Source of the DNA: an uncultured bacterium
Lineage (GTDB): Bacteria; Cyanobacteriota; Vampirovibrionia; Gastranaerophilales; Gastranaerophilaceae
DNA length: 64,000 bases
Assembly (NCBI GenBank): GCA_902461945.1
Contig: CABPZQ010000001.1
Location: 114,004-178,003, forward strand
Reading direction: 5' to 3'
Shown: positions 32,338 to 42,738 of the stretch, one piece after another
Numbering within the stretch: the first letter of the stretch is position 1
Layout of the letters: each line of letters starts with the position of its first letter
Notes under the pieces: generated by a model
Told to the model about the DNA's origin: nothing
The model's input: only the letters and a program-made list of their open reading frames with translations
The model's database searches: none
Made by a program: the position numbers and the translations under genes

Positions 32338-32974
32338 TAAAAACTTAATTGTTTTCTTTGCAGGATGGAGCTTTGATGAAAACCCATTCAAGTTTCTGGA
32401 TTGCTCTGGATACGATGTTCTTATGATATACGATTATAATGAAATTAAACCTTTAGATATATTTCAAAAATTCAATCAATACGAAAATAAGATTTTAATA
32501 ACCTGGTCAATGGGTGTTTTTGCAGCATACCTATTAAGAGATTTCTTTAAAAATTTCGACTATAAAATAGCGGTCAACGGGACTGTAACTCCTGTAGATA
32601 ATGAATTTGGTATTCCTATCAAAATGTTTGAGTTGACCCTAAAACATGCTGCAGTGGGACTTTCAGGGAAATTCTATAAAAATGTTTTCAAAACTAACGA
32701 AGAATTTGAAAAATATATGAAAAATCCAGTTCAACGCACAATAGAAAATAGAGTATCTGAACTCGAAAATTTATATGAACTAATTAAATCTACAAAAATA
32801 AATTATACAAATTTCTATGACACTACTTTTGTAAGTGAATTTGACAAAATAATACCTCCACAAAACCAAAAAGCTAGTCATAACAAAAACAATGTAATAG
32901 TAAAAGATTTGCCAATTGGGCATTTCCCATTTTACCAATTCAATAGTTGGGATGAAATTATAAAATGCAAATAG
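32306..32974 (+). CDS. bioG: pimeloyl-ACP methyl ester esterase BioG (DUF452)
   Basis: LIVFFAGWS, ITWSMGVFAAYLL and AVNGTVTPVDNEFGIP match blocks remembered from BioG sequences. Confidence 0.8.
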   Translation: MNTYWLNNQNNKNLIVFFAGWSFDENPFKFLDCSGYDVLMIYDYNEIKPLDIFQKFNQYENKILITWSMGVFAAYLLRDFFKNFDYKIAVNGTVTPVDNEFGIPIKMFELTLKHAAVGLSGKFYKNVFKTNEEFEKYMKNPVQRTIENRVSELENLYELIKSTKINYTNFYDTTFVSEFDKIIPPQNQKASHNKNNVIVKDLPIGHFPFYQFNSWDEIIKCK

Positions 32975-33705
32975 ATAATAAACTTATAAAAAAACATTTT
33001 GAAAAAAGTATGGATAAGTATGATAAAAACGCGACTGTCCAAGATTTGATGGCTTCTAAATTAATAATTGAACTAGAAAAAATCTCAAATAATTTTGAAA
33101 GCATTTTAGAACTAGGTTCAGGTACAGGATTATTAACTAAAAGAATAAATTCTCATATAAAATATTCAAACTTTTTTGCAAATGATTTAGTTGAAAAATC
33201 TAAAATTTATGTTCAAAAAATAATACCAAAATCTAATTTTTTATGTGGTAATGCCCTAAAAATAAAACCTTCAAAAAAAATGGATTTAATTATATCAAAC
33301 GCAATGTTTCAATGGTTCGAAAATCTTGATAAAGCTATTTCCATAATAAAATTACCACTTAATAAAAATGGAATTTTAGCTTTTTCTACATTTTCTCCGG
33401 CTAATTTTAAAGAAATTACTGAAATAACAGGCTTATCATTACAATATAAAACTCAGGAAGAAATTGAACAAATTTTATCTAATCAAGGTTTTGAAATCCT
33501 ATATAGTGAAACATTTTATGAAGAAATAGAATTTAAAACACCTTTAGAATTACTTGCACATATGAAAAACACTGGTGTTAATTCGCTATCTGAAAAAACT
33601 TGGACTGTAAAAAAAGTAAAAGATTTTTGTGATAATTTCACTAAAAAATACAAAAAAACAAAACTTACATATAGCCCAATAATTATTATTGCAAGAGCTA
33701 AATAA
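32965..33705 (+). CDS. bioC: malonyl-ACP O-methyltransferase
   Basis: SAM-dependent methyltransferase motif LELGSGTGLL. Sits in the bioF-bioG context. Confidence 0.7.
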   Translation: MQIDNKLIKKHFEKSMDKYDKNATVQDLMASKLIIELEKISNNFESILELGSGTGLLTKRINSHIKYSNFFANDLVEKSKIYVQKIIPKSNFLCGNALKIKPSKKMDLIISNAMFQWFENLDKAISIIKLPLNKNGILAFSTFSPANFKEITEITGLSLQYKTQEEIEQILSNQGFEILYSETFYEEIEFKTPLELLAHMKNTGVNSLSEKTWTVKKVKDFCDNFTKKYKKTKLTYSPIIIIARAK

Positions 33706-33716
33706 TTATAATTTTA

Positions 33717-34553
33717 TTATTTTAATTTGCCCAAAATAACTCTATCAATATTTGCAAGATCTTTTACAACCTGGATTTTTTCAAATCCCGTTTCGCTCAT
33801 AATCTCCGCAACATCTTTACTTTGTCCTAAGCCCAGTTCAAACAACAAATATCCACCTTTATTCAAAACTTTCGGTGCACCTTTTATAATTTGTTCATAA
33901 AATTCTAAACCTTTATCATCCTGAGTATAAAGAGCTAAATCCGGTTCAAATGAAACTTCTTTTTGGATTGTAGCTTTCATTTGCACAGAAATATATGGAG
34001 GATTAGAAACAATTATATCAAATTTTTCTTCATCCCTAATTTTTGAATATAAATCTGATTTTCTAAAAGTTGCTTTATTAAATAACTTAAATCTTTCCAT
34101 ATTACTAAATGCAACATGAATAGCCTCTGTTGAAATATCAGTACCAATAACCTGACAATCTGTCAATTTTGCAATCATACAAGCGATACAACCTGAACCT
34201 GTACACATATCTATCGCACATTTAAAATTATTATCCTGCATTATTTCAACAGCTTTCCTCACCAAAATCTCAGTTTCATCTCTAGGTATAAGAACATCTT
34301 TATTTACTATAAATTTCTCGCCCATAAAATCTGCTAATCCAATAATATACTGTATTGGCTGGCGTGATGAAGCTCTTAACTTTGCTTTTTCTTCAACAAG
34401 TTTTAACTTCTCTTCATCCAGTTTTTTACCCATCAGTATATCAACAAGACTATAGCCAGCAAAATGTTCAATTAATAATTTCACTTCGACATTTGCTTCA
34501 TTCTGTTCAATACCTGCATCTGTTAATATTTTTACAATATCTTGAATTAGCAT
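33717..34553 (-). CDS. prmC: release factor glutamine N5-methyltransferase
   Basis: MCTGSGCIA SAM motif and the NPPY motif. Confidence 0.85.
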   Translation of the reverse strand: MLIQDIVKILTDAGIEQNEANVEVKLLIEHFAGYSLVDILMGKKLDEEKLKLVEEKAKLRASSRQPIQYIIGLADFMGEKFIVNKDVLIPRDETEILVRKAVEIMQDNNFKCAIDMCTGSGCIACMIAKLTDCQVIGTDISTEAIHVAFSNMERFKLFNKATFRKSDLYSKIRDEEKFDIIVSNPPYISVQMKATIQKEVSFEPDLALYTQDDKGLEFYEQIIKGAPKVLNKGGYLLFELGLGQSKDVAEIMSETGFEKIQVVKDLANIDRVILGKLK

Positions 34554-35071
34554 AATTCGTCAGTTTCACTTTCTACTTCTATTTTATAATCGGTTTGATG
34601 ATCTGTAATAATCTTATCAATTGTATTACGAGCTTCTAATTTTGATTTTAATTCGATTTTTTCTATATCATATTTTTTACACAATCGCTCATAATAGTAA
34701 AGTTGTTTTTTTGTCGGCGGTTCTTTTGACATTTTTACTTCTTGTAAAAATTTTCGTTTTTTCTTTTCATATTCTTTATTTGCCTCTATTATCGGACGCT
34801 GCTTTTCTTTGTAATCATAATACCTTTTACATTCTTTCAGGTATTTTAAAGTATCGTTTTCAAAAATTTCATCGTCAATAATTTCTGCCAAAAATTCAAA
34901 TCTGGAACAATTTAACTCCAGATAATACTTTTCATCCGCAACAAAACTATCCCAAATCTCTTCTACAGTTAAATCCATAGATTTTTTAACTAATGCACGT
35001 AAAAAATTGCATAATGCTGACTTCTGATTTTTCGTTAAATCTAAATAAATTTGTTTTTTTATTTCGTACAT
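34547..35071 (-). CDS. hypothetical protein (174 aa)
   Basis: Overlaps the prmC start by 7 bp. Lys/Glu-rich. Confidence 0.45.
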   Translation of the reverse strand: MYEIKKQIYLDLTKNQKSALCNFLRALVKKSMDLTVEEIWDSFVADEKYYLELNCSRFEFLAEIIDDEIFENDTLKYLKECKRYYDYKEKQRPIIEANKEYEKKKRKFLQEVKMSKEPPTKKQLYYYERLCKKYDIEKIELKSKLEARNTIDKIITDHQTDYKIEVESETDELC

Positions 35072-35200
35072 AACTACCTGAAATTAAAATAAATACCTTA
35101 ATTACACAAAAAGTGTAACGAAGTAAAATTAATTTTCAACCTTTCGCAAACCGCACAAATTGATGTACGTGTCGATCCTCATAAAACCGTGCGACAGGGT

Positions 35201-35383
35201 CTATCGTGTGAACAAATCTTTGACTGAAAATCTGCGGGTTTTGTTAGCGTTGCTAAAGTCCAGCAGCTTTCTTGCAATAGGATTCGTCTGGTGAGACAAC
35301 CGATGTTGCTCAAAAACTTCATTTTCACTCATCTCTCTGTGATTTTTAATTAATTCTAAGTTTTGTTCAGTTTTCTCGACCAT
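35201..35383 (-). CDS. small hypothetical ORF (60 aa)
   Basis: GAGGT RBS 12 nt upstream. Lies in a GC-richer 620-bp intergenic region. Confidence 0.25.
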   Translation of the reverse strand: MVEKTEQNLELIKNHREMSENEVFEQHRLSHQTNPIARKLLDFSNANKTRRFSVKDLFTR

Positions 35384-35693
35384 GATTTTAATTATACCTC
35401 GTTACACTATAATAAACAATTTTTGAAACATTTAATTGCTTAAAATTATAGAAAAAGTATATATTCTTTACATATTGTTACATTACCAATAATATGATTA
35501 CACAGAGGTTATTCACATCAGTTCAGAACATACATTACGTACTGACTAAGTTTATGATTACACTATTATAACTATTGAAAAGTCATACAGAATTCGTTTC
35601 ATTATCTAAAAAACTTGTACTGGTGAGGCTCTAAAGATGAGATTCAGATATTTAATCCTAACAACAATCCGCCTTTTTATAAAACGAAATGAT

Positions 35694-38600
35694 TTAATCT
35701 TTAATCCAACGGAAACTCTTTACATAATTATTTCCATTAATATCACCATAAATTTCAGCCTTAAAAACTCTCAACGTATTATTTTTATCAAAATTAGGTA
35801 TTTTATTTATATTACTTGTAGATTTTGGATTAATTTCATTGATACTAATTCCAGGAATTGCGCTAAATAACCTGTTCAACGAAGCATTACCTATTCGGCC
35901 AAGTAATGTTGAGAAATTTTTAGAAAGACTTCCATAAACTTCCATGTCTGCAACAAGTGTTGCTATATTATAACTACCAGTCAAATACATATTCAAATCT
36001 TTACCTTTTGAAAATACCTGAATATCATTTGCAATACCATCTTTAATCTTAATTGAACCACTTATACTCTGGAAATTCCCTGTTTTTAACGGAGTAATCA
36101 AATCTATAATCCCATTAATTGAAAGCCCGGTAATTCCACCTGTTATCAGGTTACCAGCTTTTAACAAATATTCAAGAGAACCAAGTTTCGGCATTCTGCC
36201 ATCTGCAACCGTAAAATTACCATTTCCGGACAATGTATTTATACAATCTACACTTGTAACACCTTTACAGGCAACACTCATTTCGCCTGTAACCAAACCA
36301 TACATCTGCCCAGGCATATCAAAGAAATTTTCACCTATAATAGAAGCATCGGCATTTTTAATATGCATTTCACCATAGCCATTCTGTGACGATAGATTAT
36401 AGCTTAATCGTCCATCAACAGTCCCATTTGCCAGATTAAAACGATATTTATTAATATTAAATATATGATCGGCTCCTAACGATATATCTGATTTGAAATT
36501 AGTTGCATTAGCTTTCTTTATCAAAATTTTATCAGCATTCACTTCCGCGTGTTTAATGATAAATTGTTCCGGAGTAACCGGCATAGAACCGTTCGCTTTG
36601 ATATGATTTGTTCTTGTGTAATCTGCATCAAAATCATTCAATGCATTTGATATAACATTCAAATCTAAAACATCCATCTGAACATTAACATCATCAATAA
36701 CATATGGAGGTTCTGTTTTATTCAAAATCTTAGCAAACATAATAATATCATTTGTTAAGATAACCCCTTTTGATTTCAAATAAATAAAATCATTCTTAAA
36801 ATCTACGCTAATATCACGAATTGTAGAATCAAGTAATGGAATATCAACACTTGTGACATTTAAATTTCCTAATATTTTTGGCGCTAAAGAAGTTCCATTT
36901 ATTATCACATCAGATGTAAACACACCCTGTTTTATTGTGGGTTTCTTCATTAAAATATTGAAAATCTTAGCATTTGTAGGCTGATTAGTCGTAATTTTTA
37001 AATTTTTAAAACCTAGAACATTATCCTTCAAAAGCATTACTTCCCCAGAGGCGTTAAGCTGATTCTGCACAGAGGCTCTTTTGTTTTGAGATGTAATTGT
37101 TTGGTTATATCTTAAATAATTCAATTTAATCTTATTAGGATACAATACAACATCCGAAATCAAAGATACCGGATTTGTCGTCATCCCTTCTGAACTGATT
37201 GTTCCTGTCGGGGCTCCTGCAAGAGTTGCACCCATATAATAAATAGAAGAATTTTCTCCAATATTTAAATTTGATCTAATTCCAAGACGATTCAATGTTC
37301 CTCTAAGATGAGCATTAAAATTCACATCTCCTTTTAGTTTTACAGGATAAACAGATTTCGAATTCAAAAATCTATCAAAAAACACTTGAGTAGGTTTTGC
37401 ACTTACAAACAAATGCAAATTCGGTTTTGTATAGATATCTGAAACACTCCCATCAATAAACACTGGCATTGAACTGACTTTTGTATTTACACGTTCTAAA
37501 TAAAGTTCATTCCCTCGAACTTTTGCCTGACCATTCAAAATTCTTACAAGAGTATTATACGGTTTGTAAACAAAACTTATATTTGCCAAATTAGTATTTG
37601 CCCAAATTTTGCCATTATGAATATGACCATTGATATTTGTTTTACCTCTAATATCAGATATCAATGCCATTTGTTGTTCTAATTCTTTTGGGAGCTTCAT
37701 TTGTGTTTTTACGACATTAAGAACACTTACATCAAAATTTTTAAAATTAAAGACAGCATTCGAAATATTCATTTTATCGTAAATATCTGTAAGAGTTAAA
37801 GAAAGTGTATATGGATTATTATTAAACAATCCTGATAACTGTGATGTCTTAAGCTCCCCTTTTCTAATTGTAAATGTTCCGCCATTAATTTTTATAGGAT
37901 TTGATGAAGCTCTGTTTGATAAGAATTTTCCATCTACAAGAACATTATTATAATCAAGTTTTCCAGCTTCGGCAACTCCCTTATAATGTCCGGTAAAAGC
38001 AACATCTATCTTGCCCACTTCTTTTTGATAAGGCAAATTCATCTTTGGATACAACAAATCATTACAATCCCCTATTGCAAACCTATCAGATTTAGCAGTT
38101 AAATCAATCTGAGAATTTGACCCTGTACCTTTTACAAAAATTTTAGAACCTCTAACATAACCGTTTATATCATAATCTGAATCGTATTGATTAAAATTAA
38201 CTACTCCATTTACCCTGGTAAATGGCAAGTAGGTATCCTGCATCACAGTTGTCGCGTTATGAAGAGTTATTGTTCCTTTAGCAAATAAATCTTTGTTAAA
38301 TTCAATAGTTTCAGCATTTTTTGCATTACCGTAAATATTTAGAAATACATCAGCAACACCACGAGGATTAGTAAAAGGTGCAACAACTTTTTGAATATCT
38401 ACAAGGATTGGAGAAGTATTAATTACTTTTATCAACTGAGGAATATTCTGACCTTTTGAAGTAACAAGAACATTCAACTTTCCTAAAACAGAACAATCAC
38501 CCTTTATTTCAACAGGTTTACCATTTATTGTTGCATGATAACTTTTAAAAGTCGTTTGCGTATCATTAAAAATAACTTCACCTGAACCATTTTTTAAAAC

Positions 38601-40187
38601 TAAATTGTGAATATCATTAAATGAGGCCGTTACATTTCTAAAATGAATTTCGCCCCAAATATGCGGATCTACCTTTTTACCGGCAGAACGGAGCTTGATA
38701 CCTCCAAGCCCTGCCACTTTTAAAATTGGTACCGGACCGAGTTGAAACTTCAAAATTTCATGCAATGGATTTAAAACTTCCTGCGCCGGAGCAAGTGATA
38801 CTGAATCGGTACTTTCTATTTGCAGCTCCGAATATTTTGAACCATCAATAAGAACCATACCTTTAACACTTACCGATTGATCCTTGCTTGTTGGAACATA
38901 TACATCAAGATTCATTTTTTTTCCAACAAAATTTAAATCAATATTCGCATTTGCAGGAGCGCCTTTTATTGGGTGAATTAAATATCCGTCTCGTATTTTA
39001 ACAAAACCGGTTACAAATGGTCTATTGGCAACACCTTTAAATTTAATTTTTCCCTCACCACTGCCATAAAATACATATTTTTTCAATTTATACAAGTTAA
39101 ACTCAGGAATAAGAGTTTCTGTTCCTGGTAAAAGAGAGCAAATCTCATCCAATCTCGAAGTTTTAGCAGCAACACTCAAATCAAGATACGGATATTTTTG
39201 TCCCAGTTTATATATACTGCCGTCAACAGATGCATATATATTTTTTGAAGTTATAGTTGAATTTTTAAAATTAACACCGTTTTCAACTGTAGTAAAATTA
39301 ATCTTTGCAGTTAAATCATCTTTATATATTATTGAAGCTGCTTTATCTTTACCAAGAATTTCAAGATTCTTTGTTGAAACTTCTGCTATAACCCTTTTAT
39401 GCCCAAAACTATTATCTTCAGTTGTTGCAGAAAAATTCACAGTACCATTTAAATCTTTAAGTTGGTCTTTTGATAAAATTCTGGCATACTCTGCAATAGA
39501 AGAAATATCAAAATCCTCGATTTTAGCATTTATTTTCAATTTATCTTCACTAAATTGATTGATAGGCAAATTAATTTCAACATCGGCAAAATAATCAGTA
39601 GCTTTATCTTGAACTTTTAAAACACCTTTTGTTCCAAACTTTAATTGTTTATTTTGAACAAATTTGCCATGCTCAAAATATTCTCCATTTACTGTTAATT
39701 TTTGCCCATTAAGCTTATCATCCAACAAAACATTATATGCTCCCAGGTTCAAATCCATTTTTTCTAAAGTAAAATCTTGTTTTGCATTAACTTGCAACGG
39801 ATATTCGCCAAGCTGGAATTTACCCTCTTTTGACAATACAAAATAAATATCTTCTTTTGTTGCAGACACTTTTGATATTTCAACTTTTTTAAATAGCAAA
39901 GGAAATATTTTTACCTTAAATCTAGGATTTTCAATAGAAAGAGCCTTAGAGTTATCTTCATTTAAAATAGAAAAATTATCTGTTTTTATCCATACTGAAG
40001 GAAACATACCCATAGAAAGCTCAGGATTTCCAATATCAACAATATATCCTGAATTTTCATATATTTTATTTTCGATAAAATTCTTATGGGCTTTTATATT
40101 AACAACAGCAGGAATTCCCCACGTATAAAACCCGCAAGTTAACAATAAAATTCCCGCTGCTGTTACAATTTTCCATTTTTTCTTCAT
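35694..40187 (-). CDS. AsmA/TamB-like giant N-terminally anchored protein
   Basis: 1497 aa. N-terminal TM anchor (IVTAAGILLLTCGFYTWGIP), then a long predicted beta-rich body typical of AsmA/TamB-like proteins. Confidence 0.5.
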   Translation of the reverse strand: MKKKWKIVTAAGILLLTCGFYTWGIPAVVNIKAHKNFIENKIYENSGYIVDIGNPELSMGMFPSVWIKTDNFSILNEDNSKALSIENPRFKVKIFPLLFKKVEISKVSATKEDIYFVLSKEGKFQLGEYPLQVNAKQDFTLEKMDLNLGAYNVLLDDKLNGQKLTVNGEYFEHGKFVQNKQLKFGTKGVLKVQDKATDYFADVEINLPINQFSEDKLKINAKIEDFDISSIAEYARILSKDQLKDLNGTVNFSATTEDNSFGHKRVIAEVSTKNLEILGKDKAASIIYKDDLTAKINFTTVENGVNFKNSTITSKNIYASVDGSIYKLGQKYPYLDLSVAAKTSRLDEICSLLPGTETLIPEFNLYKLKKYVFYGSGEGKIKFKGVANRPFVTGFVKIRDGYLIHPIKGAPANANIDLNFVGKKMNLDVYVPTSKDQSVSVKGMVLIDGSKYSELQIESTDSVSLAPAQEVLNPLHEILKFQLGPVPILKVAGLGGIKLRSAGKKVDPHIWGEIHFRNVTASFNDIHNLVLKNGSGEVIFNDTQTTFKSYHATINGKPVEIKGDCSVLGKLNVLVTSKGQNIPQLIKVINTSPILVDIQKVVAPFTNPRGVADVFLNIYGNAKNAETIEFNKDLFAKGTITLHNATTVMQDTYLPFTRVNGVVNFNQYDSDYDINGYVRGSKIFVKGTGSNSQIDLTAKSDRFAIGDCNDLLYPKMNLPYQKEVGKIDVAFTGHYKGVAEAGKLDYNNVLVDGKFLSNRASSNPIKINGGTFTIRKGELKTSQLSGLFNNNPYTLSLTLTDIYDKMNISNAVFNFKNFDVSVLNVVKTQMKLPKELEQQMALISDIRGKTNINGHIHNGKIWANTNLANISFVYKPYNTLVRILNGQAKVRGNELYLERVNTKVSSMPVFIDGSVSDIYTKPNLHLFVSAKPTQVFFDRFLNSKSVYPVKLKGDVNFNAHLRGTLNRLGIRSNLNIGENSSIYYMGATLAGAPTGTISSEGMTTNPVSLISDVVLYPNKIKLNYLRYNQTITSQNKRASVQNQLNASGEVMLLKDNVLGFKNLKITTNQPTNAKIFNILMKKPTIKQGVFTSDVIINGTSLAPKILGNLNVTSVDIPLLDSTIRDISVDFKNDFIYLKSKGVILTNDIIMFAKILNKTEPPYVIDDVNVQMDVLDLNVISNALNDFDADYTRTNHIKANGSMPVTPEQFIIKHAEVNADKILIKKANATNFKSDISLGADHIFNINKYRFNLANGTVDGRLSYNLSSQNGYGEMHIKNADASIIGENFFDMPGQMYGLVTGEMSVACKGVTSVDCINTLSGNGNFTVADGRMPKLGSLEYLLKAGNLITGGITGLSINGIIDLITPLKTGNFQSISGSIKIKDGIANDIQVFSKGKDLNMYLTGSYNIATLVADMEVYGSLSKNFSTLLGRIGNASLNRLFSAIPGISINEINPKSTSNINKIPNFDKNNTLRVFKAEIYGDINGNNYVKSFRWIKD

Positions 40188-40245
40188 ATTATACTTATTA
40201 TATTATAATATGTGTATTTAGTGCAATAAAAAAAATCATACATAT

Positions 40246-40824
40246 CTAGTATTTTTCACATAGTAATTGAAAATAAGCTCTAGGATGTTCACAACAAGGA
40301 CATACATGAGGTGCTTCATCTGAAATATATATATAACCGCATTTTCGGCATATCCATTCTTCTTTTCTATCTTTTTTGAATATAGAATCATCTTTCAAGT
40401 TTTCGTATAATTCTTTATATCTTCTTGCATGATGTTGTTCTGAAACTCTTACATGCCGGAAAGTATCGGATATTTCATCAAAACCCTCTTCTTTAGCAAT
40501 CAATTCACCATTATAGTAAAGCACGCTAAACTCTTCTTCTTCACCATCAATGGCAGATTTTAAATTTTGTTCCGTTGTTCCTAAAAAGAAGGGATAAAAT
40601 CCGTCAACATGAGCATTTGAATGATTCCCAACATGTTTGTAAAACAATTTCGCATGCTCTAACTCATTTTCAGCAGTTTCCAAAAAGATAGCAGAGATTT
40701 GTTCATATCCCTCTTTTTTAGCAATCTTGGAAAAATATGTATATCTGTTTCTTGCCTGAGCTTCGCCTGCAAATGAATTTATTAATATTTGTTCTGTCTT
40801 TGAGCCTTTAATACTTTTATTCAT
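40246..40824 (-). CDS. rbr: rubrerythrin
   Basis: Ferritin-like diiron domain with EXXH motifs and a C-terminal rubredoxin-like CRKCGY...CPCCEHP. Confidence 0.9.
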   Translation of the reverse strand: MNKSIKGSKTEQILINSFAGEAQARNRYTYFSKIAKKEGYEQISAIFLETAENELEHAKLFYKHVGNHSNAHVDGFYPFFLGTTEQNLKSAIDGEEEEFSVLYYNGELIAKEEGFDEISDTFRHVRVSEQHHARRYKELYENLKDDSIFKKDRKEEWICRKCGYIYISDEAPHVCPCCEHPRAYFQLLCEKY

Positions 40825-40997
40825 TTATAACACTCCTTTATTACCCCGTACATCATAATTTTTTATCAAAAAAATAACAAGACTAAACCAGAGTAATCCT
40901 TTTAGGGAATAATAAACATACCCGTTTGATACTTTTCGGGGATTATTTTAAGACTCCAATAATACAAAATATAATTGTTATGATAGTTAGGAAATTT

Positions 40998-41165
40998 ATG
41001 ACAGATTTACTTGAATATACAAAAAAAATTGCGAAAAAGATTTCATATTATGATGCAATAATAGATTTTACAGACGACAGCCACTGGTTTAACCCATTTT
41101 ACAGACAGCCGGATGTAACAGTTATATGGGTAGAAAACCCTGAAGATAAACACTGGCGTTACTAA
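40998..41165 (+). CDS. small hypothetical protein (55 aa)
   Basis: AGGAAA RBS before the internal ATG of the ORF-track ORF. Confidence 0.25.
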   Translation: MTDLLEYTKKIAKKISYYDAIIDFTDDSHWFNPFYRQPDVTVIWVENPEDKHWRY

Positions 41166-41173
41166 AAAATCAA

Positions 41174-41440
41174 CTACATATTATTTATAATTTTTTCGAG
41201 AGTGTTGAACCTTGAATGTAAATCTTTTATTTTGTTATACAGAACAGACTGGAGACATTCACAATCATATGGCTCCAAATATGAAGGTTCCCGCATACAA
41301 GTAGTTAATATTCGAGCAAGACTCTCTACTACTATAAATTTATATGCAATAAAATTTAGTTTTGATTTTAAAAATTTTGTATCTGTTTGCTTATTCATAT
41401 TCAATCTATTATCCTTAATCTTTATTAAAATTAATCTCAT
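41174..41440 (-). CDS. small hypothetical protein (start uncertain)
   Basis: The ORF-track start lies inside the palindrome. An internal start MNKQTD at 41398 is possible. Confidence 0.3.
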   Translation of the reverse strand: MRLILIKIKDNRLNMNKQTDTKFLKSKLNFIAYKFIVVESLARILTTCMREPSYLEPYDCECLQSVLYNKIKDLHSRFNTLEKIINNM

Positions 41441-41484
41441 CTATGCATAATAATTCTCATATATGAGAATTATTATACATAGAT
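41439..41484. promoter_or_regulatory. 46-bp near-perfect palindrome
   Basis: atctatgcataataattctcata|tatgagaattattatacatagat: 23-bp arms with 1 mismatch. Lies between divergent small genes. Confidence 0.5.
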
Positions 41485-41518
41485 ATGAATATATAGTCAA
41501 TTATGTTATAATATTGCT

Positions 41519-41728
41519 ATGAATAATAAGAACTACATAAGATCTCTTTTAACATTAAATAATATGAGTATTGCAAAACTTGCTGAAAAAATGTCCGAAC
41601 TTTCCAATGAAAAATACACACAGGGAAGTTTATACGGAAAACTTTCACGCGACACTCTAACATTAAAAGAATGCCAATTAATCGCTAAAATAATTGGTTA
41701 TCGAATCGAATTTATAAAAGAAAATTAA
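41519..41728 (+). CDS. small HTH-like protein (69 aa)
   Basis: LNNMSIAKLAEKMSELSNEKYTQGSLYGKL has a helix-turn-helix character. Confidence 0.4.
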   Translation: MNNKNYIRSLLTLNNMSIAKLAEKMSELSNEKYTQGSLYGKLSRDTLTLKECQLIAKIIGYRIEFIKEN

Positions 41729-42738
41729 TAAATCCTGACACCGGTTGCTGAATCAAATTTATACAAATCAGAACTTCTAAAAGATAACTCAATCGTTTTA
41801 CCTATTGTGTAATCAGCATCTAATTTTGCTGAACATTTTTTATCACCTATATTAAAATATGCAATCTTTTCACTGCCAAGCATTTCAGAAATTTCGACTT
41901 CAACTGTCAATTTTATATCTCCATCGGCTCTTATCATTTTTTCAGGACGAATGCCATATAGAATATTTTCATCCAGACCAATATCTTTGCCGTTTATAAA
42001 ATTCATCTGTGGGGAGCCAACAAACCCTGCTACAAAAGTATTTTTTGGATTGTTATAAATTTCATCAGAGCTATCAACCTGCTGGATATCCCCATTATTA
42101 AGCACAACAATTCTATCCCCCATTGTCAACGCTTCTGTCTGATCATGAGTCACATAGATAAATGTAGTTTGCAATTTTTCGTGCAATTTTTTTATTTCTG
42201 AACGCATTTGAACACGCAGCTTAGCATCAAGATTAGACAAAGGCTCATCCATGAGAAAAACTTTAGGATTTCTTACAATAGCACGTCCAAGAGCTACACG
42301 CTGTCTCTGTCCTCCTGATAACTGCTTAGGTTTTCTATCAAGATACTCGCCTAAATTCAAAATTTCAGCAGCCTCCAAAACTTTTTTCTCAATTGTTGCT
42401 CTGTCAACTTTGCGCATTTTTAACCCGAATGCAATATTTTCTCTGACTGTCATATGTGGATATAATGCATAACTTTGAAAAACAAAGGCTATATCCCTAT
42501 CTTTTGGAGCTACATTATTTACTTTTTTATCTCCTATATATATTTCTCCATCAGAAATATCTTCCAATCCGGCAATCATTCTTAAAAGTGTAGATTTTCC
42601 ACAACCTGAAGCTCCTACAAGAACAACAAACTCTTTATCCTTTATCTCAAGATTAACATTATTGATAACAGTTTTATTGTTATCATATGTTTTTCGTACA
42701 TTTTTAAGAATTACACTACTCATGATTTCCCTTTTCAA
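41725..42738 (-). CDS. ABC transporter ATP-binding protein, MalK/UgpC-like with C-terminal TOBE domain
   Basis: Walker A GASGCGKST, LSGGQRQRVALGRA signature, Walker B FLMDEPLSNLD. No permease or binding-protein genes adjacent. Confidence 0.85.
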   Translation of the reverse strand: MKREIMSSVILKNVRKTYDNNKTVINNVNLEIKDKEFVVLVGASGCGKSTLLRMIAGLEDISDGEIYIGDKKVNNVAPKDRDIAFVFQSYALYPHMTVRENIAFGLKMRKVDRATIEKKVLEAAEILNLGEYLDRKPKQLSGGQRQRVALGRAIVRNPKVFLMDEPLSNLDAKLRVQMRSEIKKLHEKLQTTFIYVTHDQTEALTMGDRIVVLNNGDIQQVDSSDEIYNNPKNTFVAGFVGSPQMNFINGKDIGLDENILYGIRPEKMIRADGDIKLTVEVEISEMLGSEKIAYFNIGDKKCSAKLDADYTIGKTIELSFRSSDLYKFDSATGVRIY

